Assembly (NCBI GenBank): GCA_029762535.1
Contig: JARVGK010000002.1
Span: forward strand, 73,603 to 137,602
Direction: 5' to 3'
DNA length: 64,000 nucleotides
Source of the DNA: Thermoplasmatota archaeon
GTDB taxonomy: Archaea; Thermoplasmatota; Penumbrarchaeia; Penumbrarchaeales; Penumbrarchaeaceae
This document shows, piece by piece, positions 1-8,559 of the stretch; the first letter of the stretch is position 1; every line of letters begins with the position of its first letter. The position numbers were made by a program, and so were the translations under genes. The notes beneath the pieces are model-generated. The model saw only the letters and a list, made by a program, of their open reading frames with translations. It was not told the DNA's origin and ran no database searches.

Positions 1-288
1 GTCATTTTTGGATCGTTCGATGGCCTGTAGGATCAGGGCCTTCCCGATCCCTCGGTTATGATGGTCCTCCTGGACCGAGACGTTGATGATCTCTCTTGTT
101 AGAGGTCTGGTATCGATCATAATTATTACCCCGAGGATCCTATCTTTCTCTTTATGGACATAGCATATGCTCCTGTCGAGATAGCTATCGATCATCTCCT
201 CCGAAGGGTCCGCCAGCATCAAGAGGTCTTTTGGTATTATGGATTTGTCGCACACTTCTTCGATCATTGGTATTACCTCGTTATTCAT
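1..288 (-). CDS. GNAT family N-acetyltransferase, N-terminal part; the gene continues past the window start
   Basis: Manual minus-strand translation from an ATG at 286-288: MNNEVIPMIEEVCDKSIIPKDLLMLADPSEEMIDSYLDRSICYVHKEKDRILGVIIMIDTRPLTREIINVSVQEDHHNRGIGKALILQAIERSKND. It has a GNAT acetyl-CoA-binding motif (RGIGKAL) and no stop before position 1. Confidence 0.5.
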   Translation of the reverse strand, partial: MNNEVIPMIEEVCDKSIIPKDLLMLADPSEEMIDSYLDRSICYVHKEKDRILGVIIMIDTRPLTREIINVSVQEDHHNRGIGKALILQAIERSKND

Positions 289-350
289 CTATTCCGAAAA
301 GAAGATTCGGTTTTGACCCGAATCTTCTTGAGTTCGATTTACCCCCTTGT

Positions 351-1115
351 TCAAGACGTGAGATCCTCCACGAACGAGGAGAATTTCTTCTCCGTCATCA
401 GTTCATGGGTCTTGAACTCGCCTTGGTAGTATATACCCAGTGTTCCGAAAGGACTACCCAAGTTCTGGGCTTCCTCATGATCTTGGAGTTTGATGGCCTG
501 ATATGGGATTCCTCTGTTCTTCAGTGTGTCCGATAGGAGGTTGACGTAGTCTTCCATGAACGGGCACTGGTTGGAGTAGATGAAGGTGAACCCCTTCTTG
601 TTGGAACAGGTGCCCGTTTTCGCGTTTTGGGTGAAACTGGGAGGTTCTCCCTTTTTTTTAAGGTTGAGGAACAACAGCTCGAAGTAAGGAGTGGCTTTGT
701 CGACCGTTCTGAAGCCGTGTTCGAGGTAGAATTTTTTATCCGTCAGGAAGGGTCTGACCTTGTCGCTGGAGACGACGACGATCCCATCCATACCCTTTGA
801 TTTCGAGTCTTGGATGCAGTCGTTCAAGAGTTGTGTGGAGAGGCCTTTTCCCTTGAACTTTCCCGAGACCCAGAGGCAGTTGATGACCATCATTTTCTTA
901 CCAACGATAGGTTTCCAGACCTTTTCAATTGGCATGTATTCGATGAAGAACTTCCCCCTCTCGTCGAACCTTCTGAAGACCAATCCGTCGCTGAAGCGAT
1001 CTTTCATCCACACTTTTTTTGTTTGGGCCCTTCTCTGATTGTCCTTGTCGTTTCCGATGCAGCAGCAGATATGTTCCGTGTCTATGTTGGTATCGTCTAT
1101 CGATATGATCTCCAT
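351..1115 (-). CDS. GNAT acetyltransferase with a YoaP-like C-terminal domain
   Basis: 254-aa ORF. GNAT motif VSGKFKGKGLSTQLL. The Cys-containing C-terminal half resembles the YoaP-like domain. Ends at TGA. Confidence 0.55.
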   Translation of the reverse strand: MEIISIDDTNIDTEHICCCIGNDKDNQRRAQTKKVWMKDRFSDGLVFRRFDERGKFFIEYMPIEKVWKPIVGKKMMVINCLWVSGKFKGKGLSTQLLNDCIQDSKSKGMDGIVVVSSDKVRPFLTDKKFYLEHGFRTVDKATPYFELLFLNLKKKGEPPSFTQNAKTGTCSNKKGFTFIYSNQCPFMEDYVNLLSDTLKNRGIPYQAIKLQDHEEAQNLGSPFGTLGIYYQGEFKTHELMTEKKFSSFVEDLTS

Positions 1116-1583
1116 TCATGATCCCTCCTTCAGGGTTTTTTCCACAAATCCTCTGGGAAGGGAGGTCATGGTCACGATGTCGTCAATTGACTTCCCCTGA
1201 CCGGACAGTCTCCTGCAGACATCTTCCATGGATTCCCCGATCTCTATGATGTTTCGGTCAGGATCGTAGAACCTCATGACCCTCTGCTGCCAGGGCTGGG
1301 TCCTGATATCGTGGACGAAGTCCACATTGAGGGTTTCTAGTTCGGACCGGATCCGATCCAGATCGTCGTGTTCGAAGTATAGCTCGAAGTTGTTGCCTCC
1401 GGTCGTGACAGGGTGATCCTCGATGAGGCTGGCATAGTGTTCCTTCAGGTGGATGGCGAAATCCCCGTTAAAGACAACGTTCTGGCCGTAATCTTCCTTG
1501 ATGGTTTGGCCGAGTACTTCCTGGTAGAACCTCTTGGACCTCTCCATATCCTCGACCACGATCAATGGACAGATGTATCTCAT
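1116..1583 (-). CDS. VOC / glyoxalase-bleomycin resistance family protein
   Basis: 155 aa. Starts MRYICPLIVVEDMERSKRFYQEVLG, a typical beta-alpha-beta-beta-beta glyoxalase-fold opening. Abuts the upstream gene with no gap. Confidence 0.6.
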   Translation of the reverse strand: MRYICPLIVVEDMERSKRFYQEVLGQTIKEDYGQNVVFNGDFAIHLKEHYASLIEDHPVTTGGNNFELYFEHDDLDRIRSELETLNVDFVHDIRTQPWQQRVMRFYDPDRNIIEIGESMEDVCRRLSGQGKSIDDIVTMTSLPRGFVEKTLKEGS

Positions 1584-1934
1584 CTACGATCCCCCCGTGA
1601 GCCTTTGGACTCTATCTTTTATGGACCGATCGTGTTGTTCGTCGGTGTAGATGGGATCCTTGAGGTCCCTCCAGAGGTCGCAGGGGATCTTTAGGCACGA
1701 TCCGCAGTTCTCAATTGATTTCTTGGTCACACAGTCATAGATGGGGCAGGCATCTGAGTTGACGTACTGTGCCCACCAGACCCTGCCTTTTATCTGGGAG
1801 CATCCCCGGCAGGAGGAATCTTTGTAGTGGGTGCAATCGGTGCCGCATACTGATATGGCATCTTCCATCTGTTCTATCCTCCACGGATGGTTAGTTATTG
1901 ATATCCTTCTATACTTCCTCAAGGGTCTTTCCAT
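1584..1934 (-). CDS. DUF3795-like Cys-rich protein
   Basis: 116 aa. Cys pattern C..C...C..GC...C.IYDC...C..C...PC, characteristic of DUF3795. The true start may be the internal Met (MEDAISV). Confidence 0.45.
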   Translation of the reverse strand: MERPLRKYRRISITNHPWRIEQMEDAISVCGTDCTHYKDSSCRGCSQIKGRVWWAQYVNSDACPIYDCVTKKSIENCGSCLKIPCDLWRDLKDPIYTDEQHDRSIKDRVQRLTGGS

Positions 1935-2035
1935 TTCCTATATTAACCTGATCCACGCCTTCTTCGATAATCTTCAGGATCTTTTCTGACAATCTCGTTT
2001 CTTTTGCCATAGACCATCCTCATGATGATATTGTT

Positions 2036-2302
2036 TTACTTGATACGATGAGGACATCCTGCCCAGCAGCAGGGTCGGCGCTTCCCTTCCAGGAGTTCTT
2101 CTTTCGTGCGCCGGATCCGCCGCGTCCTTGTCTGGGGTTTCTTCGCGTCCTCGATCCAGCAGATGAACTCGTTCCTTGCGATGGGAGTGAGGTCCTTCCA
2201 TAGAGCGAGGACCTCCTCGGAGGAGGTCAGAGCGATCCGTAGATCCTCCGGCAGTTCGTGGGCGATCCCTGCGGGGATCTCATTTTCGGACATATATCTC
2301 AC
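2036..2302 (-). CDS. YdeI/OmpD-associated family protein
   Basis: 88 aa. IALTSSEEVLALWKDLTPIARNEFICWIEDAKKPQTRTRRI matches the YdeI/DUF1905-type family. Confidence 0.5.
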   Translation of the reverse strand: MRYMSENEIPAGIAHELPEDLRIALTSSEEVLALWKDLTPIARNEFICWIEDAKKPQTRTRRIRRTKEELLEGKRRPCCWAGCPHRIK

Positions 2303-2412
2303 CTATCATACTTCCAAGCACCATAGCTTATAGTGGATCATCAAAAAGTGGTAATAAGGACCATAGTTTTTTAAAAAAAGTAGCTTTTCATTGATACTTA
2401 TTTCTTTATTTC

Positions 2413-2919
2413 TCATAATTTTTTTCGATAAACTTGATGGACCTGATCATGGAACAATGTTTCTTTTTCCAGTTTCAATCCATTCTTCTCAGATACTCGT
2501 ATGGATCGTATGTTTTGTTTAAGGATTATGCTTATGATTGATTTGAGTTTCAGTTCATTTTTGGCATACTTAATACATCCTTCAGCTGCTTCGGTCCCAT
2601 ATCCCTTACCCCAAAATTCGTCGGATATCCTGTAAGCGACCTCGATCTCGTCGATCTCATCGATGGTTTGTTTAAGCAATCCACATATCCCAAGAAACCT
2701 ATTATCATCCTTTAGAATAACTGCCCAAAAGGTGAATCCATCTTCATTTTGTCTTCTCTGAATCTCCTTGAGAAATTCCCGCGATTCTATCATGTTCAAT
2801 GTTTTTGGGAAGAACCTATGCACCTTTTCATTTGCCAATAATATCGCCAATTCTTCGAATCTGTCCTCTCCAAGCGTCTCGAGGATCAATCTATCGGTTT
2901 CAAATATTCTCAAGATCAT
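2413..2919 (-). CDS. GNAT family N-acetyltransferase (RimJ/RimL-like)
   Basis: The ORF runs 2413..3060. The internal Met (MILRIFETDRLILE..., about 2919) is the likely start and avoids overlap with the upstream gene. The motif is FWGKGYGTEAA. Confidence 0.6.
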   Translation of the reverse strand: MILRIFETDRLILETLGEDRFEELAILLANEKVHRFFPKTLNMIESREFLKEIQRRQNEDGFTFWAVILKDDNRFLGICGLLKQTIDEIDEIEVAYRISDEFWGKGYGTEAAEGCIKYAKNELKLKSIISIILKQNIRSIRVSEKNGLKLEKETLFHDQVHQVYRKKL

Positions 2920-3010
2920 CTCTCCGATAATGTAGATCGAGGTGTAATGAACGATCCGTACAGTCGAAAGTTGTGCACATGATTCCCGGCCGCTCTTGCT
3001 CTTCTTATTG

Positions 3011-3670
3011 CTACTTTGGTGGAGGATCTGAATAGTTAATTTTCCTGAACACATAGGCATATGCGGTCATGGTGTATGCCGGACCCTTCATTGTCTTTTC
3101 AATTGTTTCTTCATCTATCAGCTTCTTTCCCTTGGGGACGAAATAGGACTCAAGAGCAGTATCCGAATAGCCAAACCTATTCCCATTTCTCTTAACTACA
3201 CCGATGAACTCAAATCTTGTGTCCAGATATGCAAGCGGTGCATCACCATGGCTGTTGTTGGCCAGAAGGATCCCGCCCCTTCTCAAATAGTTCCCACAAT
3301 ACCGCGAAATGGATCCTGCATAGAGGGATATGAGAAGATCGAACGAGTCTTTCTTCTCTGGAAAGCCTTCTGAAAAGTCCGCTTTGTAAAATCTGTAAGA
3401 AGCTGACCGTTCATATTCTTTATTTTTGTTTACGAATAACAATGTCTCGTCTGATCCGAAGAAGGGCTCGCATCTTTTGTCCATATCCACATAAGCCATA
3501 TACGGGATCACAAGTGAGGGCGTAATGTGCACGAAACTGCCGGGATACAACCCGGACTCGATGTTGAACATCTCGGCCAATAAACTGAAAAGTCCGAGCC
3601 TTTCATCCCCCTTGTCGACTAAGTATTTTTTGTAGAGTTCGGGATAAATGGAATTCATTTTGAGTTTCAT
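3011..3670 (-). CDS. hypothetical protein (possibly methyltransferase-like)
   Basis: 219-aa ORF, co-oriented in the same cluster. No secure motif; the function is uncertain. Confidence 0.35.
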   Translation of the reverse strand: MKLKMNSIYPELYKKYLVDKGDERLGLFSLLAEMFNIESGLYPGSFVHITPSLVIPYMAYVDMDKRCEPFFGSDETLLFVNKNKEYERSASYRFYKADFSEGFPEKKDSFDLLISLYAGSISRYCGNYLRRGGILLANNSHGDAPLAYLDTRFEFIGVVKRNGNRFGYSDTALESYFVPKGKKLIDEETIEKTMKGPAYTMTAYAYVFRKINYSDPPPK

Positions 3671-3837
3671 CTTTTACCCCCCCTAAAGGATGAATTTGGG
3701 TCGAACGAAGTGCAACGAGTGGACCACATGGCCGAGATGTAATAGACACGATCGATGGCTGATATTATTCCCCGCCACACAGAAGGAATACACAGCATAG
3801 CGCGAATGATGTGAACGATCAATTATCAGAGACATGT

Positions 3838-4200
3838 TCATTCTGACCAAACTGAGTCTTCATTATCGTCGGGCCGATTAATCTTAAAAACCAGTAGGCG
3901 AAATGGCAGATCCGATCTATTCCAGAGATTATGCACCTCTCTGGGAGAGCACACGAACGCGTCACCTGGTTTCGCAAGGTATTGAGCCTCGTCGATAAAT
4001 ATGTGGCACTCTCCGGATAGGATGTAAAAGACCTCCGTCTGAATATTGTGATAGTGAGCACGCTGTTTGGTGTGGGGAGGGATCGTAACTTCCTGAAGCA
4101 TGTGGCCACCCGGTGGTAGATCCATCGTATCGAACAGTACTCGCTTGGAGTAGTCTTTGCGAACATCTGGTGTGACCGAAGACAGAGAGCTTTGTTTCAT
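3838..4200 (-). CDS. cupin domain protein
   Basis: 120 aa. The cupin motifs are HYHNIQTEVFYILSGE and PGDAFVCSPREVHNL. Confidence 0.6.
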   Translation of the reverse strand: MKQSSLSSVTPDVRKDYSKRVLFDTMDLPPGGHMLQEVTIPPHTKQRAHYHNIQTEVFYILSGECHIFIDEAQYLAKPGDAFVCSPREVHNLWNRSDLPFRLLVFKINRPDDNEDSVWSE

Positions 4201-4229
4201 ATGGGATCCAACCTATTATCAATTGATCT

Positions 4230-4500
4230 TAGAATATTTCCATCAACGGCCGCGAGTATGCGGAGTCCTGGGCGCAGTGATGGATTTGGGTGAGGGGCGA
4301 TCAGCGCCCCGAACTTTATACTCGCGAGTTAAAGGAAACGAACGTAGTTATCCCGCAGGATAACGTATTGAGAGCGGAGCATGGCACGGAGCGAAGCGAA
4401 GTGAGCTTTTCGTCTGCGAAGATCATACAGCTGACGTAGTTATTTCTTGCTCTATTTATCGTTCAGATCCTCCGTGAGGGGGTTCGATACACACTTTTGT
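4230..4500. repeat. structured repeat element, same family as the island repeats
   Basis: Outer stem GCGAGTATGCG / CGAATACTCGCG wait-free reading: 5' GCGAGTATGCG ... TATACTCGCG 3'. Apex is GGATTTGGGTGAGGGGCGATCAGCGCCCCGAAC. It also carries the palindrome GTTATCCCGCAGGATAAC and the tail CCGTAGTTATTTCTTGCTCTATTTATCGTTCA...CCGTGAGGGGGTTCG. Confidence 0.6.
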
Positions 4501-4635
4501 GTCATGGTATTATGGATGTCGGAGAACTCAGATAAAGGAATTGGAGATGGCATCAAATTACCTGACGATGTGCATCAGGCGTAAGCAACGAAAAGTATAT
4601 CTTCATGGCGTCCATGCGTAACACGAATTATAATA

Positions 4636-5271
4636 TTGTGCCACCTGGAGATGACACACATGACGAACCTTGAGAAAATGCTCATTGAGGCGGGCCGGTT
4701 CCACGGCCACATCTGCCCAGGACTGGCCATCGGAGTGGTGGCTTCTTACATTGCTCTTCGTGACGCGCGGCGTTCCGATGACGAGGAATTGGTGGCCATC
4801 GTGGAGAATGATGCTTGCGGTGTTGATGCCATTCAGCACCTCACCGGATGCACCTTCGGCAAGGGAAACCTTGTGTTTCGGGACCATGGCAAGTCCGTCT
4901 ATACATTCCTGAACCGAGCCACAGGCAAGGCCCTGCGCCTTTCTCTCGACCATTCCGCGATCGAAAGCAGCTTGCACGATCGTGAATTGTTCGAAAGCGT
5001 CCGCAATGGAACCGCAACTCCAGGGGAGATAGATGCGTTTCATGTTCGCTGGGAGGAGCGCGCCAGGGAGGTCCTTTACCGTGCTGGATCACTTTTCAAG
5101 GTCGATCAGGTGGACATTGCCTTCCCTGAGAAGGCCCGGATACATGACAATATTACTTGTGATAAGTGCAAAGAGCAAGTAATGGCCACCCGGATCGTGG
5201 AGACGGAACAGGGGCGCAAATTCTGCATACCATGCTCCGAAGAGAAAAAAGAAAAGGAGTATGGAAAATGA
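4636..5271 (+). CDS. FmdE family protein (formylmethanofuran dehydrogenase subunit E-like domain)
   Basis: The FHGHICPGLAIG motif and a C-terminal CxxC...CxxC Zn-ribbon. The start may be the Met at 4660. Its TGA overlaps the next ATG (ATGA at 5268). Confidence 0.65.
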   Translation: MCHLEMTHMTNLEKMLIEAGRFHGHICPGLAIGVVASYIALRDARRSDDEELVAIVENDACGVDAIQHLTGCTFGKGNLVFRDHGKSVYTFLNRATGKALRLSLDHSAIESSLHDRELFESVRNGTATPGEIDAFHVRWEERAREVLYRAGSLFKVDQVDIAFPEKARIHDNITCDKCKEQVMATRIVETEQGRKFCIPCSEEKKEKEYGK

Positions 5272-6362
5272 AAAGAGCAAATCCAAGCTTCGCCACGTTG
5301 GGGCTGCTGCTAACTGTGTCGATCCTCTCCGCAGGATGCTTGAACGTCGAAACGGAAAATGATGGCGAAATGAAGGAGATCACGGACCTGCTTGATCGAA
5401 AAGTTGACGTTCCTGTTGAAGTGGAGCGCGTTGTTGGGGTCGCTTCGGGGACGGTCAGAATGCTGACATACCTTGAAGCAACCGACATGATCGTGGGCGT
5501 GGAGGACGTTGAGACCACGCCTCCCATGACGCCCTACCAGTTCGCCCATCCGGACCTGAAGGACCTCCCCGTTATTGGACCACAGCACGGAGGCGATGCG
5601 GAACTCATAATGGTCCAGCAGCCAGATGTGATCTTCCACTCATGCTCGCAGTTCGAAACGGCCACCGGGGCGATGATGGACGATCTCCAGACGAAGACAG
5701 GCATACCCGTCGTGGCCATAGACCTTGGTGATCTTGGAGAAAGGCGGGCAGTTTTCGATCGATCCCTGCGCCTCATAGGGGATATTCTGGGAAAAGGCGA
5801 TAGGGCAGGGGCGGTCATCTCCTACATCGACAAAGTTCTTGAGGATCTTGAAGATCGGACCTTTGATATACCGGATGACATCAAACCTTCGGTCTACGTT
5901 GGTGGAGTTGCGCTTCGAGGCTCCCGGGACATTCTATCGACGCGGGCGGACTATCCTCCTTTCGAGTACACCAACGTGAACAACGTCGCCTCGTCGGTGG
6001 GCACCGGGCATATGTTCCTCGATAAGGAACAACTTTTGGCCTGGGATCCCGACATTCTGTTCGTCGACTCCATGAGTTACGACCTTGTTGTTGATAGAAT
6101 GACCAATGATACCGCCTATTCCCTGCTGTCGGCCGTTGTCGAAGGCGACATATACACCGTCATGCCATACAATTCATATAACAACAATTTCGCGACGGTG
6201 CTGGCCAACTGTTACTTCGTTGGGTCGGTAGTGTACCCGGATGGTTTTGCAGATGTGAACGTCACGGCCGAGGCAGATGAGATATACTCCGCCATGTTGG
6301 GAGCGCCCGTATATGAGCAGATGGCAAAGAAATACCATGGGTTTGAAAAGATCGACCTTTAA
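5268..6362 (+). CDS. ABC transporter substrate-binding lipoprotein (Fe3+-siderophore / cobalamin / heme class, FecB/BtuF-like)
   Basis: Signal peptide plus lipobox MKRANPSFATLGLLLTVSILSAGC. The body is a periplasmic-binding-protein fold, class III. Confidence 0.75.
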   Translation: MKRANPSFATLGLLLTVSILSAGCLNVETENDGEMKEITDLLDRKVDVPVEVERVVGVASGTVRMLTYLEATDMIVGVEDVETTPPMTPYQFAHPDLKDLPVIGPQHGGDAELIMVQQPDVIFHSCSQFETATGAMMDDLQTKTGIPVVAIDLGDLGERRAVFDRSLRLIGDILGKGDRAGAVISYIDKVLEDLEDRTFDIPDDIKPSVYVGGVALRGSRDILSTRADYPPFEYTNVNNVASSVGTGHMFLDKEQLLAWDPDILFVDSMSYDLVVDRMTNDTAYSLLSAVVEGDIYTVMPYNSYNNNFATVLANCYFVGSVVYPDGFADVNVTAEADEIYSAMLGAPVYEQMAKKYHGFEKIDL

Positions 6363-6389
6363 AATGACTGAAAACTCGGGAAGTTCCAT

Positions 6390-7469
6390 ATGACAGACCA
6401 TAACTCTTCACATAAGCCCCGAGACCCGATCGCACAGCACAGGAGGCAGAACCTCTTAAGGAGAATTTTGCTGCTGACAGGGGCCATCCTATTGGGGCTG
6501 GTGGCCATGTACGCCCTCACCCTGGGACCGTACCCGATGACCATGATCGATGTTTTCAATGCATTCATTGGTAATGGATCGGATGTCCATCGGACCGTGA
6601 TATGGAACATCCGTATGACGCGCATCGCCACCGCCATATTCGCAGGCGCCGCCCTGGCCGTTTCCGGGATGGTAATGCAGAACGTCCTTCGCAACCCCCT
6701 GGCATCACCATCGACACTGGGGGTCTCCCACGCCGCGTCCTTCGGGGCCGCCTTCGGAATCGTTGTCCTCGGCGCGGGCACCACACAGGCCCACTCAGTG
6801 TACTTCGACCACCCCTATTTATTGGCTTTATGCGCATTCGCCGCGGCCATGATTTCCACCGGAGTCATAATCCTGCTAGCGCGGATCAGGGATGCATCAC
6901 CCGAGACCATGATCCTGGCCGGCGTGGCCATGGCATCCCTGTTCACCGCAGGAACCACCTCACTTCGGTACTTCGCCAGTGATGAGGTGCAGCTATCATC
7001 CATCATATTCTGGACCTTTGGTGACCTGGGCCGGACCGATTGGACCTCTGTGTCCATCATTTCTGTGGGCACCGTAGCCACCCTCATCTACTTCTTCCTC
7101 AATCGCTGGCGATACAATGCGATCAACGGCGGAGAGGATGTAGCCCGCACCTTGGGGGTCAATACCAATCGAACCCGCATATTGGGTCTGCTTATCTCAT
7201 CCCTCCTGACCGCTCTGGTCGTCTCCTTCGTGGGCATTATCGGGTTCGTTGGTCTGGTTGTTCCTCACATCGTTCGGCGCGTGGTTGGAACAGACGCCCG
7301 CTTTCTCATCCCCGGGTGCTGTATCGCCGGTGCCCTCCTCCTTCTGGTATCCGACACCGTCGCCCGGACTATGCTCTCACCCGTCATCATGCCGGTTGGG
7401 ATCCTCACCTCATTCCTCGGGGCTCCACTTTTCATCTATCTCATCATCAGGGGGCGGAAGCATTGGTAG
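6390..7469 (+). CDS. FecCD-family ABC transporter permease (BtuC/FhuB-like)
   Basis: 359 aa, polytopic, with FecCD signature motifs. Ends at TAG. Confidence 0.8.
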   Translation: MTDHNSSHKPRDPIAQHRRQNLLRRILLLTGAILLGLVAMYALTLGPYPMTMIDVFNAFIGNGSDVHRTVIWNIRMTRIATAIFAGAALAVSGMVMQNVLRNPLASPSTLGVSHAASFGAAFGIVVLGAGTTQAHSVYFDHPYLLALCAFAAAMISTGVIILLARIRDASPETMILAGVAMASLFTAGTTSLRYFASDEVQLSSIIFWTFGDLGRTDWTSVSIISVGTVATLIYFFLNRWRYNAINGGEDVARTLGVNTNRTRILGLLISSLLTALVVSFVGIIGFVGLVVPHIVRRVVGTDARFLIPGCCIAGALLLLVSDTVARTMLSPVIMPVGILTSFLGAPLFIYLIIRGRKHW

Positions 7470-8260
7470 ATCTCGTCACCCTCGATGATGTCTCGTTCGC
7501 TTACGGGAAGATACAAGCACTGAGTGATATCACTCTTTCCTTTCGGACAGGTTCACTGGTAGGCATGATCGGTCCCAATGGATCGGGAAAGACAACCCTC
7601 ATAAGATGCGTTTGTAGGCTTGTCAGGCCCGAAAATGGAACCGTGACGATCAATGGCAGGGACCTCTCATCACTGAACAGTCTTGATCTGGCCCGCATGG
7701 TGGGGTATGTGCCCCAGATGCAGGAGAAGGCCTTTCCAGTGCCTATATTCGAAGCTGTTCTTGCGGGGCGCATACCTCATCTGGGATGGGCTCCTTCGGA
7801 CCATGATCTTGCCATAGTCAAAAACGTCCTGGAACTCATGGACCTGGAAGATATCTCCCAGAGGAACATCAACACACTCAGTGGGGGACAGATGCAGCGC
7901 GTACAAATCGCCCGCGCCCTGGCCCAGGAACCCCTGGTATTGTGCCTTGATGAGCCCACCAGCAATCTGGACATCAAGCATCAACTGGGGCTCATGCGCA
8001 TGGTACGAGATCTGACCCGGAAAAGAAAGATGCTGGCCCTCATGGCCATCCACGACCTAAACCTGGCATCTCAGTACTGTGACCGATTGGTCCTCCTCCA
8101 GAACGGTGAGGTCTTTTCCTCGGGAACACCACAGGAGGTCCTGACCCGGAAGAACGTCAGGAACGCATTCAATATCAACGTGGCCATTCACACCCACGGC
8201 GATCTGATACACATCGTGCCCGTGGAGAACACTGATCTCAGGAGGCTTGAACATACCTGA
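7463..8260 (+). CDS. ABC transporter ATP-binding protein (FecE/BtuD-like)
   Basis: Walker A GPNGSGKTTL, signature LSGGQMQRV, Walker B LVLCLDEPTS. The ORF track extends it 5' to 7040, but that part overlaps the permease in another frame. The start is probably TTG or GTG near 7463 and overlaps the permease stop. Confidence 0.75.
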   Translation: MVDLVTLDDVSFAYGKIQALSDITLSFRTGSLVGMIGPNGSGKTTLIRCVCRLVRPENGTVTINGRDLSSLNSLDLARMVGYVPQMQEKAFPVPIFEAVLAGRIPHLGWAPSDHDLAIVKNVLELMDLEDISQRNINTLSGGQMQRVQIARALAQEPLVLCLDEPTSNLDIKHQLGLMRMVRDLTRKRKMLALMAIHDLNLASQYCDRLVLLQNGEVFSSGTPQEVLTRKNVRNAFNINVAIHTHGDLIHIVPVENTDLRRLEHT

Positions 8261-8279
8261 ATCTTCTGGCAACCCGGTC

Positions 8280-8525
8280 CAAGGATGGAGTGGGTGCCAC
8301 CCTCGAAGATCCATGGCCGTGGGTTATCCGATCCGAACGGAGTGATCCATTAGGATAACGGGTGGGGACATGCGACGTTGCCGAAGGCAATGTCCCCCTG
8401 GGCGCAGCGGCCCGCAGGGGCGCGGAGGCGTGTCCGCAAGTTAGACAACCCGAGAGAAGCGAGAGCGCAGTGTGGTCGTGCACCGCATCCGAAGGCGAGG
8501 AGCGCAGAAGTTTCTAATTCTCCTG
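8280..8525. repeat. structured repeat element (island family)
   Basis: Carries GGTTATCCGATCCGAACGGAGTGATCCATTAGGATAACGG, the stem GGGGACAT...ATGTCCCC, and the conserved tail GCGAGAGCGCAGTGTGGTCG...GAAGTTT. Confidence 0.55.
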
Positions 8526-8559
8526 AACCACAGGGCTTGGCGTAGTTTTCAATAACCGG

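Noticed and set aside
1935-2035. A 33-aa minus-strand ORF (MAKETRLSEKILKIIEEGVDQVNIGNGKTLEEV) between the YdeI-like and DUF3795 genes
   Set aside because: It is short, has no motif, and overlaps the 5' end of the DUF3795 ORF in another frame. It is possibly a leader peptide, but the evidence is too weak to call.
5166-5267. 5' extension of the binding-protein ORF (5166..6362) and of the ABC ATPase ORF (7040..8260)
   Set aside because: The extensions overlap the preceding genes in other frames and precede an obvious signal peptide (MKRANPSF at 5268) or the Walker-A-bearing N-terminus. The shorter starts were chosen.
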